From positions 27,032,001 to 27,096,000 of the forward strand of contig CM060731.1 in assembly GCA_030704615.1 (NCBI GenBank): a DNA stretch of 64,000 nt, given 5' to 3'. Positions 46,474 through 59,952 of this stretch are shown in pieces; the stretch's first letter is position 1; every line of letters starts with the position of its first letter. Source of the DNA: Takakia lepidozioides. Its lineage: Eukaryota > Plantae > Bryophyta. Both the position numbers and the translations under genes were made by a program. Below the pieces are notes generated by a model that saw only the letters and a list, made by a program, of their open reading frames with translations, was not told the DNA's origin and did no database searches.

Positions 46474-46700
46474 CTAAGGTTTAAGAGTCTCTAAAAAGAC
46501 AGTAGTATATGCAGGACAGAAGAACTGGTGCTCTGTTTCTTCAATGAGCAGACTGGGAAGATTGTAGATTCTTGCATTTTGTCTCACACACGTCCCCATT
46601 TCAATCTGCAGCCTGTGAGAGCCAAGTTGGAGGAATTTCATGAGGGCTGCAAAACATTTCCCTGAGAGGTAGGGGGGCATGAATATGTGGTCATCCATGA
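46474..46700 (-). pseudogene. Ancient LINE C-terminal remnant
   Basis: LMKFLQLGSHRLQIEMG...ETEHQFFCPAY resembles the FR..SH.L.IE.GR...E.E.HF...CP.Y tail of RTE-X/L2-like ORF2. Confidence 0.55.
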
Positions 46701-47793
46701 GTTGAGGACATGTGTCTGTGGAATTTGAGAGCGGTGGTAAGTTGTATCTCTGGGCCTCAAGTTTGTTGCACGTATAACTTACTCAGAACTTCTCCTATCA
46801 GAATATTTGTCTCGTTCTTTGTTAAGTATGACCTCCAGTGGGAGTTCTGGGGTGTTGAGGAGAAACAAACTTAATACTGTCCGATAGAAGGACGAAGGAA
46901 AAGAAGAAGATATGTAACGTCCACTGTGGCCCCAGGGCCTTAAAGGATGAAAAGAAACTACAAATGTGGACCACAGCTCGGTAAGTGCTTGTCAACCTTC
47001 ATCTCCAAAGAGCAAAGAAAAACTTTATAATACCCACAGGCAGTCACCAGGGCTCATGGGACAAAGTCGGACTACAAGAAACTCAGATGAAATAAGTAAG
47101 AACTTACAACATCCACAGGAGGCTGAGAGAGCATATGGGACAAAATATAAAAAAGGGACAGAACACTGGGGGCCCAAGAAAGAAAAATAATGAAATGGCA
47201 TGGTACTTTATAACATCCTCAGAAGAATGAGATTTATGACGTCCACGGGAAGAATGTACTCATGAGACTTTGTTTGCCGTAGCCTTGTGGCTGTAGACCC
47301 TGCACCCAATTGGGACAGAAACAGAGGGAATAGACACTACCTTTGTGAGGGGCTCAATCCAGTACTGGGATTTACCTTGAAATAAACAATTGGTTCGGGC
47401 ATTCCAGATATCCTCTAGAAAACCCTCACACGAGCATCGTCTGCTGTATGTGAGCAGCCCAAAAGTTAGACCCCAACAGGGCTCAGCCTCGAGATTTTGA
47501 AAGTTGGTGAACAGAGGTGCAGGAACCATGTTCTTGATGTTCCTGAAGAGGGTCACTCTCTAGTGAGAATACCCTGGACAATGTATCAGAAAATGGATAT
47601 TGTCTTCAGGTTAGTCCGAAGAAAGAGCATGAAACAAGAAAAAGAAAGGTTTGTTATGTCCACTGGAAGCTATGGGATCAAATGAGATAGAAAGATATAC
47701 ACATTGTACTCATAAGACATTGTTTGCCGTAGCCTTGTGGCCATTGCCAAAGACATACACACTAAAGTACAGAGACATTGATGAAGGGCTTAC

Positions 47794-50700
47794 TTGTTTC
47801 AGAATTGCTGTTGGTGCACACCGTGGAAGGCTCAGCTACGTCCTTCTTTTCATTGCTATGTGCCCCCACGGCCTCCTGTGCCTCCCCTTCCCCTTCAGTG
47901 AGCAACCCAAACACTAGTGCAGCGCTCTCTTGTACTTTGGTCTGGCAAGATGCATAGTCCACCTGACCTACCCCACCACCTGGCTGGCCCTCAGATTTGG
48001 CTTTCGAGTTTCCCCTAGGTTGGAGCAGATGGGCTAGCCTGGTCAATGCCCCAGCATCCACTATCTCACGCCGACATTGTGGGAAGCATGACACCATGTT
48101 GCCAAGGGCAGCCATGGCTGCTAGGGGTCCCCCGACACAGCCCATTCCCACTCCTCCCTCTTCGTCCGTTTCCATATTTATCTGGTTCTCAACAGGCTCT
48201 GGGCCTACACCATTGGTCATTCTAGGCCCAGAATTACTGTCTCGTGTAACTCCAGCTTCTGCTGACGTTGCCCTACTGTCAGGAGATTTTCTACTTGAAG
48301 GCCCCTTAGCCGTTGCAGCACCACCCACTGGCTTTGAAGATGGCACAGGGGGACCCACTAGCCTTACAAGGGGACCAATGGCACCAGCTTCCACAGCAGC
48401 TTCAGCATTGCCAGGGCAATGAAGCAAAACTGTAGCTAGTGCTGCAGCTGCTGCTTCCTGGGCAAGGGCCACCAGACCTGGGCCTTCCTTTGTGCATCCC
48501 TCTCCTTCGGCTGCCCACGCAAGACACCCTCCCCCTACCAGAATCTCAACCAGGCACCGCACTGCCCCTGCTTTTGCCATGTGGAGCTTTGCCTTTTGAC
48601 TGTTCAATGCCAGCACTCCAAGAAGTTGCGCCATTGCTGCAAGTCCTGTGGATAGAGAGTACGCCCACATGTATATGGGTTTCAGTCCGGGCTTTAGGAA
48701 GTATAGTGATCAGTCCACTTCAAGTACAATCTGCTAAGAATTTGAAGATCTTCTAGTCAAGGAGGTCTGTTTGTGATTAACTATACTTGAAGAAAAGAGA
48801 GTGGGTGTTCACATCTCAGTTCAATTGCACATCACAAACATGTGAATCGTACGTTTTTGTGAAGTATTCTATCTATAAAACCCCAACACAGAATTTAGGA
48901 CCGAACCGTGTGAGAAGATCAAATCAGAACTCCTTGTAATGGAAAGGTAGAGACTGATTATAATCTTATGATCCTGTGATAAGTAGAGTTGCTATTACAG
49001 TCATCCGTTCAGAAATTTTTTCTTATGCTTCAGAAGCGTACCCGTGAGAGAGAAGACGGAGGCGCCACCCTCACCCTTAAGGACCTGAACTAGGGAGGCA
49101 ATTCCACCCACTTGAATCATTTCTTCCCGTGCACTATCACAACCTGCCAGGGTCAATAATGCAGCAGCTGCCATCTGTGACAGATGGAAAGAGCCAGTAA
49201 GGAGTTACAACCAGTTGTTCACTTAACGAGACACAAACTCTGAATGGCCTTTCGTCATGGCCCTCTAGCTATGAAGTGCAGTACTCCTATCATCATCAGC
49301 TAGAATAGCTTAGCAAACAGCGTATATTACATACTCTTGTATTTCCACAATTCTGAACCTGCACTTCTCTATGCCTGTAATAGACAGCAGAATTACATCC
49401 AGTTTAAGCACTGCCAGAAGTTGAAAGAAAGAGAGGCATCGAAGCTGCCTGCAAGAATGTCAGCTATAATACCAAGGGAGGCATTTAACTCAATATGCAA
49501 ATCTGATGTTGATGGCTGAGAATCTTATCAAGTATTTGACTAAACTCTGTAGAAAATACTTTGGCTAGGCATAGAGCAGCTGCCTCTCACCTCACTCCAG
49601 CTGGCTCCAAGCTTGCCTCTACCCCCAGTTGCTGCCAGCATCTTCACAAGCAGTGGAATCCCACCTGCTTCCACTATCTTCTCCATGGTTTCAGTACTTT
49701 TGTCTGCAAGCAGAATCAATCCCATCATTGCAAACTCTTGTGTAGCTTGTGGGAACATCGGGGCAGTCAGAGGTCTTGCATTTGACATCGACTGCAGGAA
49801 ATTTGAATGGGCCAAGGGAAGACAGTTTTCGGTGGAGGAAAGGCATCCCTGCATCCACAGTTGCACAATGTAAGGGCGTCTAATTCTAAACCTTCAGTGT
49901 CGAAAGGCAATGATAGACAACAGAAGAAGAGGGTATGGGATATAATGACCACGATCATCGAAAGTGCGCTCAAGTATTGAGAATCCCCTTTCGAAAATTC
50001 CTAGATTTTGGCTTTCTCTAGAAGCACTGAACAAAACATGAACTGGTGTAAGATTCATCCAACAATTCTTTAGCAAGGAGGGTCACAGCTCTAAAGGTGG
50101 CTAGGATAGAGAGTAGTAACCAGTCTTTCTAGTGCCAAAGGTAGTGACTCCAAAAGCATCTACTGCATGATTCTTTTCTACATTAGAAGGGGCCCATACC
50201 TGCAGTACCCGCACTAAGATAGGAGCAGCCCCAGCAGCAATTATAGCTTGCTTCTTCTTCTCCCCTGAGAGAGCTGTATAGACCAGAATTGCGGCTGCAT
50301 GCTCCCGCAGTAAAAGGTAAGGCATAGAGAACTGACTGTGTGTTTGGTTACCTTGATGGTGCACTGCTGCATGCAGCTGGCTATCAGGGTGAGGAAATAC
50401 TGGGTATGAACCAGCCCCGGTTGATCTGACAAGGCCAGCATTTGGTTCAATAGTTTCAAAATCACTTGCAAGGAGCTGGAGGAGAAGCGAGATATCATCA
50501 CTTGAGATGGCATCCAATCTCTTCTTCTTTGCACCCATATTAGCTACTGTGGCAGCAGCTAGTATGCGAGTTGAGATGGTGGGACCTTCTTGCAGAAGCC
50601 TGCCATAAAGTTCCATTTACTGTGAATTCCAAGCAGTCAATAAGAAAGGTCCACTCAGCTTCATTAATAGATACGCAGGTCACCCCCACTACAAAATTTG

Positions 50701-53700
50701 GAGGCTCATTTGACACAGAAAAAAAAGTTTTAGGCAGAATGCTGACTTGAACAGCCCAAAGTTTACATTAGAATTACTGGACTAATCATACTGATGAATT
50801 CTAAGTATCCTATGGAGCTGCTCATTGATCATTTCAATAGGGTTGCCAAGCGTGGACAAGCAACTGACGATATGTCATTCAGACTCTTAAAAGAGCCTGA
50901 AACCATTGCCGACATATGTAACCTCCTTCCCACGTCCATCAAGGACCTACACTAAGGCTTTTCTGATACTCAAGTCTCTACTTTCAATGGATACAATGTT
51001 GTACCTCATGAGCTGCTCAACAACTGCAGACTCCTCCAGATATATGCTCAGGTTGTCACTTGCAACAATACCCGCAAACGTCCCAGCCACAATCTCCCTC
51101 AAGCCTGCTGTTGTAGGACCCTTCTCCAACAGCAAGAAAATAGCCCGTACGCCTTCTTTCCTTATCAAAGCTACCGTTTGTTCCTTCTCTCCTATTTTCA
51201 AGGCTGTGTCAACTGCTGTATTTTCCCCTTCCAAATCTGTACACGATGGCTGCCTAAATCCTGCTAAAGCCTCAAATGCCGCCTCTTTGGCCTCCTCAGA
51301 ACTTCCCCTCACGAGATCCAGAAGAGCTGTAATCATTTCAACTGCCACAGTCTCAAGTTTTCTAGTTTGAACCCACTCTTGTTGCTGGTTGCAATCCTTT
51401 GAGAGCCGGGGTATCTCAGGCTCAAGGCCAAGCGAGAGACCCAGAGCTTGAAGGCCTCCAACTGCCGCTCCTAGTTCATCTGGACTGTCACTCTCCAGCA
51501 TGTGTGCCAAAATGGGTAAAGCATCCCTCAATCCCATCCCCATACTGTGTCTATCTAGCACCTCAGAAATGTTCAAAACTGCAACAATTGCTGCAGCCTG
51601 GGTTCTTGCTCCTAAGCTACCACCACCTGAAGGCCCGTCCACGAGAGTTGCAGACCACTTGGCCATGTTCACCATAGCCCTGATGCCTCTAGCCCTTACT
51701 ACAGCTGCTCGGTTTATGGGGTGACATGAAACAAGTTTAGCAATGGCAGCGGCTGCCGACTCTCTGATCATTGGGGAGGTAGAGTTTTCCACCATGGACA
51801 CAAGTGGAGGTAGTGCACCTGCAAGGTTTGGCTTCTCATTGTTAATTGGAACACGATACATTTCTCTTATTTTCCAGTAAGAAAGCTTTGGAAGGGGTGA
51901 ACTTTAGTAAATTTCACCAACGAAGCTTCTAAAACCGCCACTGCAGGTCTCAGTCAGAGGGGTACCTCCAGATCCATTATCCGTGCTTATTGCTTGAATG
52001 TTTTGGGTATAGGTATAACTATCTGGGAGTTTCCAGGGTGCCACGTGCATGCTCAGATGGGGACCTTCAAGCCAAGGTTCCCAGGAAGGAAGTAACCACG
52101 TGAGAGATGGTAAACATTAGGAAAGGATATTATCTTGTCTGACAACAAAGGGAGAGCACACCTGCATCTGAGATGGCCGTCTTGACTTCAAAGCCCCCCT
52201 GCGAGGCAAGAAGCATCAGAGCCAATGCAGAAAACTCCTGTGCTCCTGGATTTTGGGAAGAAAGAGCATTCACAAGAGCTGTGATACCCCCTGAAACAGG
52301 TTGGCTGTCACCCTCAATACATTGCCTTGATTGATCCCTAATGTCTGACCTGTCTTGGCGAGTGGAGCCTGTCGGGTGAAAACCCTGGTGACCTTGATAT
52401 GAGGCTCCCCCAAACCTGCCCCAAGCACCAGGAACACAGTTCCTCTTTTCCTCAGCATAGGTCACTTGCATTATGTCTCCATTATTGTGGAAGAAGCTTT
52501 GGTTGCCTGACTCTCCAACAGGAGCAATTTTCATAAATTGCGAATTTCGAGTCTCCATGTCTAAGAGTGTCATCTTCAATCTCTTCCTGGTTGGCAGAGG
52601 TTGTGAAGGTCCCTTTGGATACCCAATCACCGCATCAGCTTGCATGGAAGGTTGACCCACAAGCGGGGGTGCAAGTGAAGAAGTAAGTTCAGATGTACCA
52701 ACAGCTTGCATCACACCTACGGGTGGGTTGAGCCCACTAAAGTTTGTCCGCAGCACAGACATGCTCCCCTGACTGTGAGAGATGGAGTTTTTTTCCATGC
52801 TAGCCTGGAGATGCTCACCCCCTTCCCTCTTAAGTTGTATGGTATCAAAACCAGGGGTGTCATCCTCTTCCTTGGCTTGTCTATCTTCTGTTCCTTCCTG
52901 CTTGGACTCACCGGCGCGATTCTTAAGGTCTGTTTCAATCCGAGGTTTAGAAGCTGATCCGGGAGAAGCCCTGAGGGCCTTCAATGCTGCAGTTGCAGCA
53001 TCTTTTTCTGGTTGGGATGCCCCACCCTCCATCATTTTCAGTAGGCAATCGACTCCCCCATCTTGTAATATTTTAGCTTTGTTCCATACATTTAAGGCCA
53101 GATTTGCGAGAGCTTCCGCAGCTGTTTCCCTGGCTTTTGGTGACCCCTGCTTGATCAACCGAAGTAGAGCAGGAATCGCTCCCTCTTTGCCAATCACCAC
53201 CTTGTTTCGTGCATTGTCTCCAGTAGCCAGCTTCGCTAGCACATTAGCAGCTGCTGCTCTATTGGATCAAAAAGGGTTTGTCAGAACCATCACAATAAGT
53301 GAATCAAAATAAGACAATTCTAGTTCTACAACAATATTAAGAGTAAATGCTTGGGCTGCAACGAGGATTGGGACCTGCGCACAATATATGCTTTATGCTA
53401 AATGCTCTTTAGAGATTGGAGAATTCAGAAATTCTATCTGGGCATGCTGAACACCTCAGTAATCAGTTTATTGCTACACTAAGTTTCTGGGATACAATAG
53501 TTTGAGCATGACACATTCTCATCACTGGCATCCAACACTCTGCTGTCAACAGTCAATTGCCCAACTCTTCCAAGTTTAGTACCTCTTACTTAGTACCGGT
53601 CACCTATATAACTACACTTCAAAATCCATACCCAACCTTCTTTTTCCTGTCTTTCCTTCCTCCTGTCCCTCACTCTCTCTCCATCTTTCTATCTTCTTTC

Positions 53701-55604
53701 TCTTTCATTTCATTTGTGTATTTTTGTTGTTGTTCTCCTTTGTCCCATGGGCCCCCATGCCCCCCTGTGAACATTATAAAGTTTCTCTCTTGCTTGTGGA
53801 GGGGCCCTCTCTCTTTGTTGTTTCTTGCTTTCTCTTGTCCCATAAGCTCTTTGAGCTTTCCGCTTGCGTAATCAAATACCATTCATTTCATCTTTCTATT
53901 TCCCTCATTTGACTGACACATCCACTACTTAGTACCTGCCGAAACTCGTCCCTTGATCAACCATTCGCACAAGAACTGGAACAGCTTGAGCTGCAATGAT
54001 GGCATCTTTGTTTTTTTCATTCTTGGAAAGGCATGATAGGGCTCCAGCACCCGCATCTCTGGCCAGAATTAGAAAGGGTGCCATTTCCTGCTTCTGGTAG
54101 CTTGCCACTGCTGGATTGTAACCTTCCTCATCAAACCTTTTTGGCATAGAGTCAACAACTATGAGGGTTCAGTCTATCCACAATCACTGACAAGGAAGAG
54201 ACAAGCTCTCCCTTGATGTCCTCTATGTTTCTTCTATGTTTCAGGTAATTTCATATTAAGATTGGGCCAGATCTTCTTTAGCCCAGTAAAAGTCAGTAGA
54301 GGCACATTCAGTTTCTTCTTAATCAAAAGGTTGATACCTTCCACTTTTATGATGGTTACTGTGTAATAATTTTAAGCTAAGAAACAGTAACTATGCTAAG
54401 TTTTAGGACTTGATACCCCAGCACTCTTGGGATTTGCAGAACTAGATGAGACAATGGCAATGCTCAACTTTCGTCAGTCCAACTGGAATGACTCTGCTAA
54501 CTTTAAAGGATGTCAACTTCCATCACTGCAGGTTACAGGTCAATCTAGACCTATGGCTTTGTGAGCAGATAGATAGGAGTTGCTTGGATTGAACAAGAAG
54601 GGTGAGTAAGTGACTGCACTATATCAGTGATAGGGAGCAGAGTCTTACTGAATAAGATCACAAAGCAATGGAATTGCTCCAGCGGCGCCAATAGCACCCT
54701 TGTTATCATCATTGCTGACCGACAGGCTAGCAAGAGCCAGTGCTGCCTCAGCTCTCACTGTAATGGTGGCTTTTTCTCTCATCTCTGGGGGCCAGTGTGT
54801 CTCCCCTGCTTCATAGCTCAGGAGCTCTACTAGAGGGCAGATGCCCCCAGCAGCAATCAAAGCAACTTGATGAAGGTTGTGTGATGCTGCCAATGACCTC
54901 ACAGTGATTGCAGCTTCCATTTTGGAACGGCTACCCCCTGTCTGCAATGCTTGGATCAAATCTTGTATGTTTTGAGATTTTGTCCTATCCACCTCTGGTG
55001 ACTTTCGAACACAATTTGCCCTCCCTTCTAAGCTACCTGAAAAAGACCCCAGGAAATGCAAAGCTTTTCCACCTTCTGCCAGTGAATGCAACCCATTGGC
55101 ACCCAAGTTGGAGGTACGGAGGGGCATAGTATACAGAGATGGAACCTCATTTGAGTTGAAATCTTCTCTCCTAATTTGGTTGGGAGGTAGATTGCTTCTG
55201 AACGCAGATTTTATGTTTGCATTCCCTCGGAAATTGAGCTCCATACCTCCCCCCCCCCAACCCTCAGTATGGCTTTGCACTAGTCCGGGCTCAGACGTAG
55301 CCCCCATCATTGTGTGTCCCTCTGAGACAACGTAGTCACAGCCAGAGCAATGCAACACTGACTGAGCTCCGCCCCATGGAGAGGGCTTCCAAGGATGAGA
55401 TCCATCACTAGGGGCTATGGGGATGCCACCAGGCCGCATAAACATGTTGGCTGCGGATTCCATACCCAACAATTTACTGTTCCGGTATTGATGTTCGTCT
55501 AGATAGTCCCCTGCAGAACCCCGTCGCTGGAGGGTGCTTCTAGGAGCCAACTCTGGCACCTGCTGCTTGTGAATCCAGGGACACTCTGTCACTGTAATAT
55601 CCAT
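47794..55604 (-). CDS. Large armadillo-repeat protein. Exons (5'->3'): 55604-54649, 54136-53936, 53258-52162, 51818-51005, 50599-50200, 49791-49591, 49174-49042, 48645-47794; last exon(s) uncertain (possibly ~46.2 kb)
   Basis: Repeated ARM motifs (AAGGICPLVELL, NKGAIGAAGAIPLL, EGAIPALLRLIKQGSPKARETAAEALANLA, EAGGIPLLVKML). GT-AG junctions keep the reading frame. Confidence 0.85.
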
Positions 55605-57709
55605 TTGTCTTTGTTGTAAAGAACGATTTGTCTCATAACTTCCCAGTCTGAGCTTCACTGCACTCACTTTCCCCTCATAAGCTCCCAGTTTCGCGAGTTA
55701 TGCAGAGTACTGGCAGTGGTTAGCCAGAGGTATCTACATTGTCATTTTCAGATCCACAAGGATGTCGGGGTAGGAGCTAGGACACCACTGGAATTTGGCT
55801 GAGGTGACAGGTCTGCATCATGAACCACACAAGAAAACAGCAGGGAATGCCTCCAGTGCTTGTACCATCATTGTATCCACCCCCTGTGGTATTTCATGGA
55901 CCGAAATAACCATATGTGAAACCCTGCAAATAGTAGAAACATGCAAACATGAGAATAAGACACCTACTGGGTAAATTTGAGAGAGGAAACAACAATTGGT
56001 ACAGGATGTTCGAGGAGTACCAGGCACCCATCTTCAATGTCCAAGAGAATTGACAGGATTTGGTATCATTCATCTTGTCCATCAGGCAAGATTTCAGGTG
56101 AAGGGCCATAGTACAGTGCTCTCCACCTGACTGTTCCCTTTTTGGACGTTCAGGCTAGTCAATTGGGAAGACTGTTAATTGGTAGAATATTTTGACCTTC
56201 ATCATGTATGGCTACTTGCATAATATACTGGCCTTCCCTTTCACATTACAGACAGTTCACTGCTATCACAGCTAGACAAAGAACAGCATTGAAAGTCAAA
56301 AGGGAAACGGAGGGAGGTAGCACTAAGATGTACTTTTCACCCTAGACCATAGTCATAGTCCCTATAGGAAGATGGGATGAAAAGCCCAGGTGCCAAAGGC
56401 TGGAAGGAAGCTTAATTTCATAGGGCTGATATGTCCTGAATTATGGAAGCACCCTCGCTTTATTGTGTAGGTGTACTTATGACACCTCCCTCCCTCCTCC
56501 TCCATGGACCTCTAAACCATAAATCTTAGAGACAGAGAAACGAAGAAAGCGACCCAGAACGCTGAGGACAGTGAGAGACCAAAACGTACGCAGGAAGCGA
56601 GACAAAGAAATAACAAATTTATTTCAAAAGAGCGAGAACGCACCCTTGAAAAGATACTTACAGCCGAACAAAACGCTTGAGGGCAGAGACAACCCCTGGT
56701 TTGCTTTGCCCCTGGACAATCAGTAGATAAAAAACCCAGCACCAAGGACCCAAGCACTTTAGTAGCTTGGAGAAAAGATCCAGCCGGCAGTCATGATTCG
56801 ATGGTAGGGGGCGTGGCCCTTCCCTCTTCAATGTCTGAAACTCACCCGCATCTGACTTCGACGCTGATACTCTTCCTCTTAGATCCAGAATCAGCTCCCC
56901 GCCATTGTGCCTGGCAATTGATCCGTGAGGGAGAGACGTAAGTACTCCACAGCAAGAAGTTCTCAAAAGTAACCGCGGCTGATGGATAGATGGCGCGCGG
57001 CCGTTATTGCATGGTGGCTTTTCCAATCTCCTACCACCCGGCGGACCAGTTCACAAAAAGTGGCAAATGTGCTCTGGCTCTCCAATACGTGGAACACCAA
57101 AAAAAATATATATATATAAAGGGATGAGAGGCCCTGAAAATTTATTAAAAGGGAAAAAATTAAACCCTTACAAGTGCCATGAGGCTTAACACACGGAGGC
57201 CATGTTGGAGATTCCAACGATCAGATAACAGGGTAGAAAATAGACCTGGTTACGGATGCAAGCCTGGTAGAGCCATCCATTATTGGTTGCAAGATTTGCC
57301 ATAGCGCAGAGAGCTAATCTGCGATTAGTTCGTAGCTTCGAAAGGACTCCAAGAGAGAGGTGGCCCAGTGTAGATGGAACCGGACGGAACGACGAACAGT
57401 AAGAACGCCGGCCAGAACGGCCAAGGAGCGAAAAACTGAAGATGTCTATATGAGGAAGATCAACTTAGATTTAGATCCCCTCTTTATGTGCTTCCAACAA
57501 CGCAATTAAGGGACCTATGACACCGCCGCGGACCCCCATGGCGGAGACTTCAAGTTGGCCTGGCAAAAACTATGTGCAGAAGCAGACAAGAAACCAGAAC
57601 GAAAAGACTCCCTCCTCGCCTCCTTTGGAGCATCTTGGGGAAGAGGAGGAATCATTTGTTGCATCATTGATACAGACTCCTGTTCATGGGCAGACTCCTT
57701 AGCACCTCT

Positions 57710-58298
57710 GGTGCCGACAAATTGGGCCGCCCAGGACGTTGAGGAACCGGCAGTAGCGGTGGTACTGGAAGAACGCGAGCGTTTGTTGAAGCTCGCAAAG
57801 TACAACATTGCCAAAGCTAGGAAACGGTATGAAAGGCAGGCGAATCGGAAGCGGAGGGAAGTGAAGTTTGAGGCAGGCACAGAGGTCTGGTTGAACATCA
57901 AGAATTTCCGACTACCTCCGGAAGTGAGTCCGAAATTCGTTCCTCCGTATGCCGGACCCTTTCGCATTCGGAAGGTTATGAATGAGGATGTGTATGAATT
58001 GGAGCTGCCGGCAAACAGCAAGGTGCACCCAGTATTCCATGTCTCCCTTTTGAAGCCTTACTTCAAAGATGAAGCGCGTCCGAATCGGCATCAAGTGTTG
58101 CGTCCGCCACCTATGCTATTGGATCATGAAAATGAACCTAAGTACGAGGTGGAGGCAATACTTAAGTCGAGGAGGTTCAAGAACCGAGAAACTGAGTATC
58201 TCGTCAAATGGAAGGGCTATCATCATGTGGAGGCATCTTGGGTGCGTGCCTCAGAAATGGGAAACGCATCCGAGGCGGTTGCAGCTTTCAAAGGGTGA
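57710..58298 (+). pseudogene. 3' fragment of another chromovirus: integrase GPY/F region and chromodomain
   Basis: [36 protein letters not shown]...EYLVKWKGYHHVEASW. PPT GGGGGAGGAAA at about 58346-58356. Confidence 0.9.
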
Positions 58299-58356
58299 CC
58301 TCAAAAGCGGAAGAAACGTTGATGGGGACATCAACCTTGGAGCGTGGGGGAGGAAA

Positions 58357-59952
58357 TGCATGCTTAGCCCGGCTTAGCTAGCTTAGGAATCCGATTGCAA
58401 AAACTTGTATTGTACAAAACGTGCTATAAATGAAATGGATTCCAAATGTTGTGCGTCCTATTTTGTTTGGAATGGTGATGCATGGTGTGGTTGGCTAGTG
58501 TGTAGAATGCATGCTAGCTTATAAAAGTGGGAGAGGTAAATTGGGTTAATCGTGTGTTTGCGTAGTGCCGAAATCGGGTGACCCCCATCCAAGGGGCAAG
58601 GAAACTTGCGCCTTCTTTGGGAGTTCACGTGCTAGTGCGCACTTGGCGCGTGCGCGTACTATAACTGCGCTACCGAGGGGGTTGCCTTGTAGTGCGGGCT
58701 AACGCGGAAGCTACGTGCTTCCGTTCACGTACTATAATCGTGTAGCCTCGGGACGAAGTCGTAGTGCGGCTTCGGCGTGTTCCCGTACCTCAGGCCAGCA
58801 TTCCAAGGCGGACCCAATTGTAGTGATTGGGGCGCACGGTTGGTTCAAGGTTATCTTCCTAGTCAAAGAGGGTTCCAGGGAACCCTTGCTCAAGGTGATG
58901 CCAAAAGCGGCATAATGAGCGGTCGCAAGCAATGTTGTTGCAGTAAGGCGATTCGATCCTCGGGGAGGATCGTTCCTTGGCCTTGAAGTAGGCCAAGAAG
59001 AGTGCACTGGGAGGAGCTTGAGAGGCTCCACCCTTGGGTAGGACTTGGAGGAAGTCGGCCGAACTAGCTAGTGGAGAGTAGAGTCAAGTGTGGGGTTTGG
59101 TTCTTTGCCATGGGACGCCATGGTACGGAAACAAACTCCTTGATGTGGGACGCCACAACTTGGATGTTCGTTTCTACAAATGGACAAGTCGATGAGGACA
59201 TCGACTCCCTATTGGTAGGGGTGTGTGTCGCGGCCCTTTGCCTTGAGGGCAGGGGGGTCGGGACACAAGAGGGGCTGCCCCTGTGGTGGGGGCAGTAGCA
59301 GCAATAGGTACGGGGGCTGAAGCACCCTTGAGTGCCCAAGGCACTCAAGGAGGCGGAGGCGCTCACTAGGTGGAGCCCTGCACACCGGATTGCGGTGGGG
59401 GTGGCTCCACAAGGGGTGGTGGTAGCTTAGCGGGACTTAGTGGGGGTGGCATAGGACTCACCATGGGGTGGAGACCTCGAGGTGGGAGTCGTGGGGAGTC
59501 TTGGGACTCATCACGGTCCATTGGGGCCGCGGTGAGTGGGCCAAAACTCACCGCGACTCACCACCGGGAATCGAGGGTCTTCGTGGTGGTTCGCCATAAA
59601 ATGGCATGGCTGGTTGTGAAACCCCCGCGGACAGCTACAGAAGTATATATAGGGAGTAGTAACCCCGAGAACGGTGCAAGCCCGTTGGTGACCAAAAACT
59701 AGTGAGTAAGCGAGCGAGCCGGAAAGCGACCAAAGAGTGGGGAGCTGTTCCGGACTGCCAACTACCAAAGGGAATTCCCGCTGGTTCCAAATCGGTGGAG
59801 GGTTCTTTGGGAGAACAAAGGGGGGACCGTTATGCCCCGGTGAGCAGCCGAAGCTCCAAGTTGGCCCGGCGGCCAGATTGGGAGTCAGGCGCGCGCATCA
59901 AAGCGAGTAACTATGACTTGAAGGGGAGCTTACCGAAGTGAGGTGCGCGACA
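58357..59952 (+). repeat. Probable 3' LTR of that chromovirus (may be composite)
   Basis: Starts TG right after the PPT and ends GCGACA where transposase coding sequence begins. No second copy in the window. Confidence 0.45.

Noticed and set aside
50947-50949. Premature stop in the ARM gene at the end of ORF 50947-51861
   Set aside because: A donor AG|GTAC at 51005 splices in frame to the acceptor at 50599 (LMR-LLQEG), so the stop is intronic.
58357-59952. Permuted-LTR structure in the right-hand chromovirus
   Set aside because: Only one putative LTR is present, with no TSD or internal CA-nn-TG junction matching its ends, so it cannot be tested.
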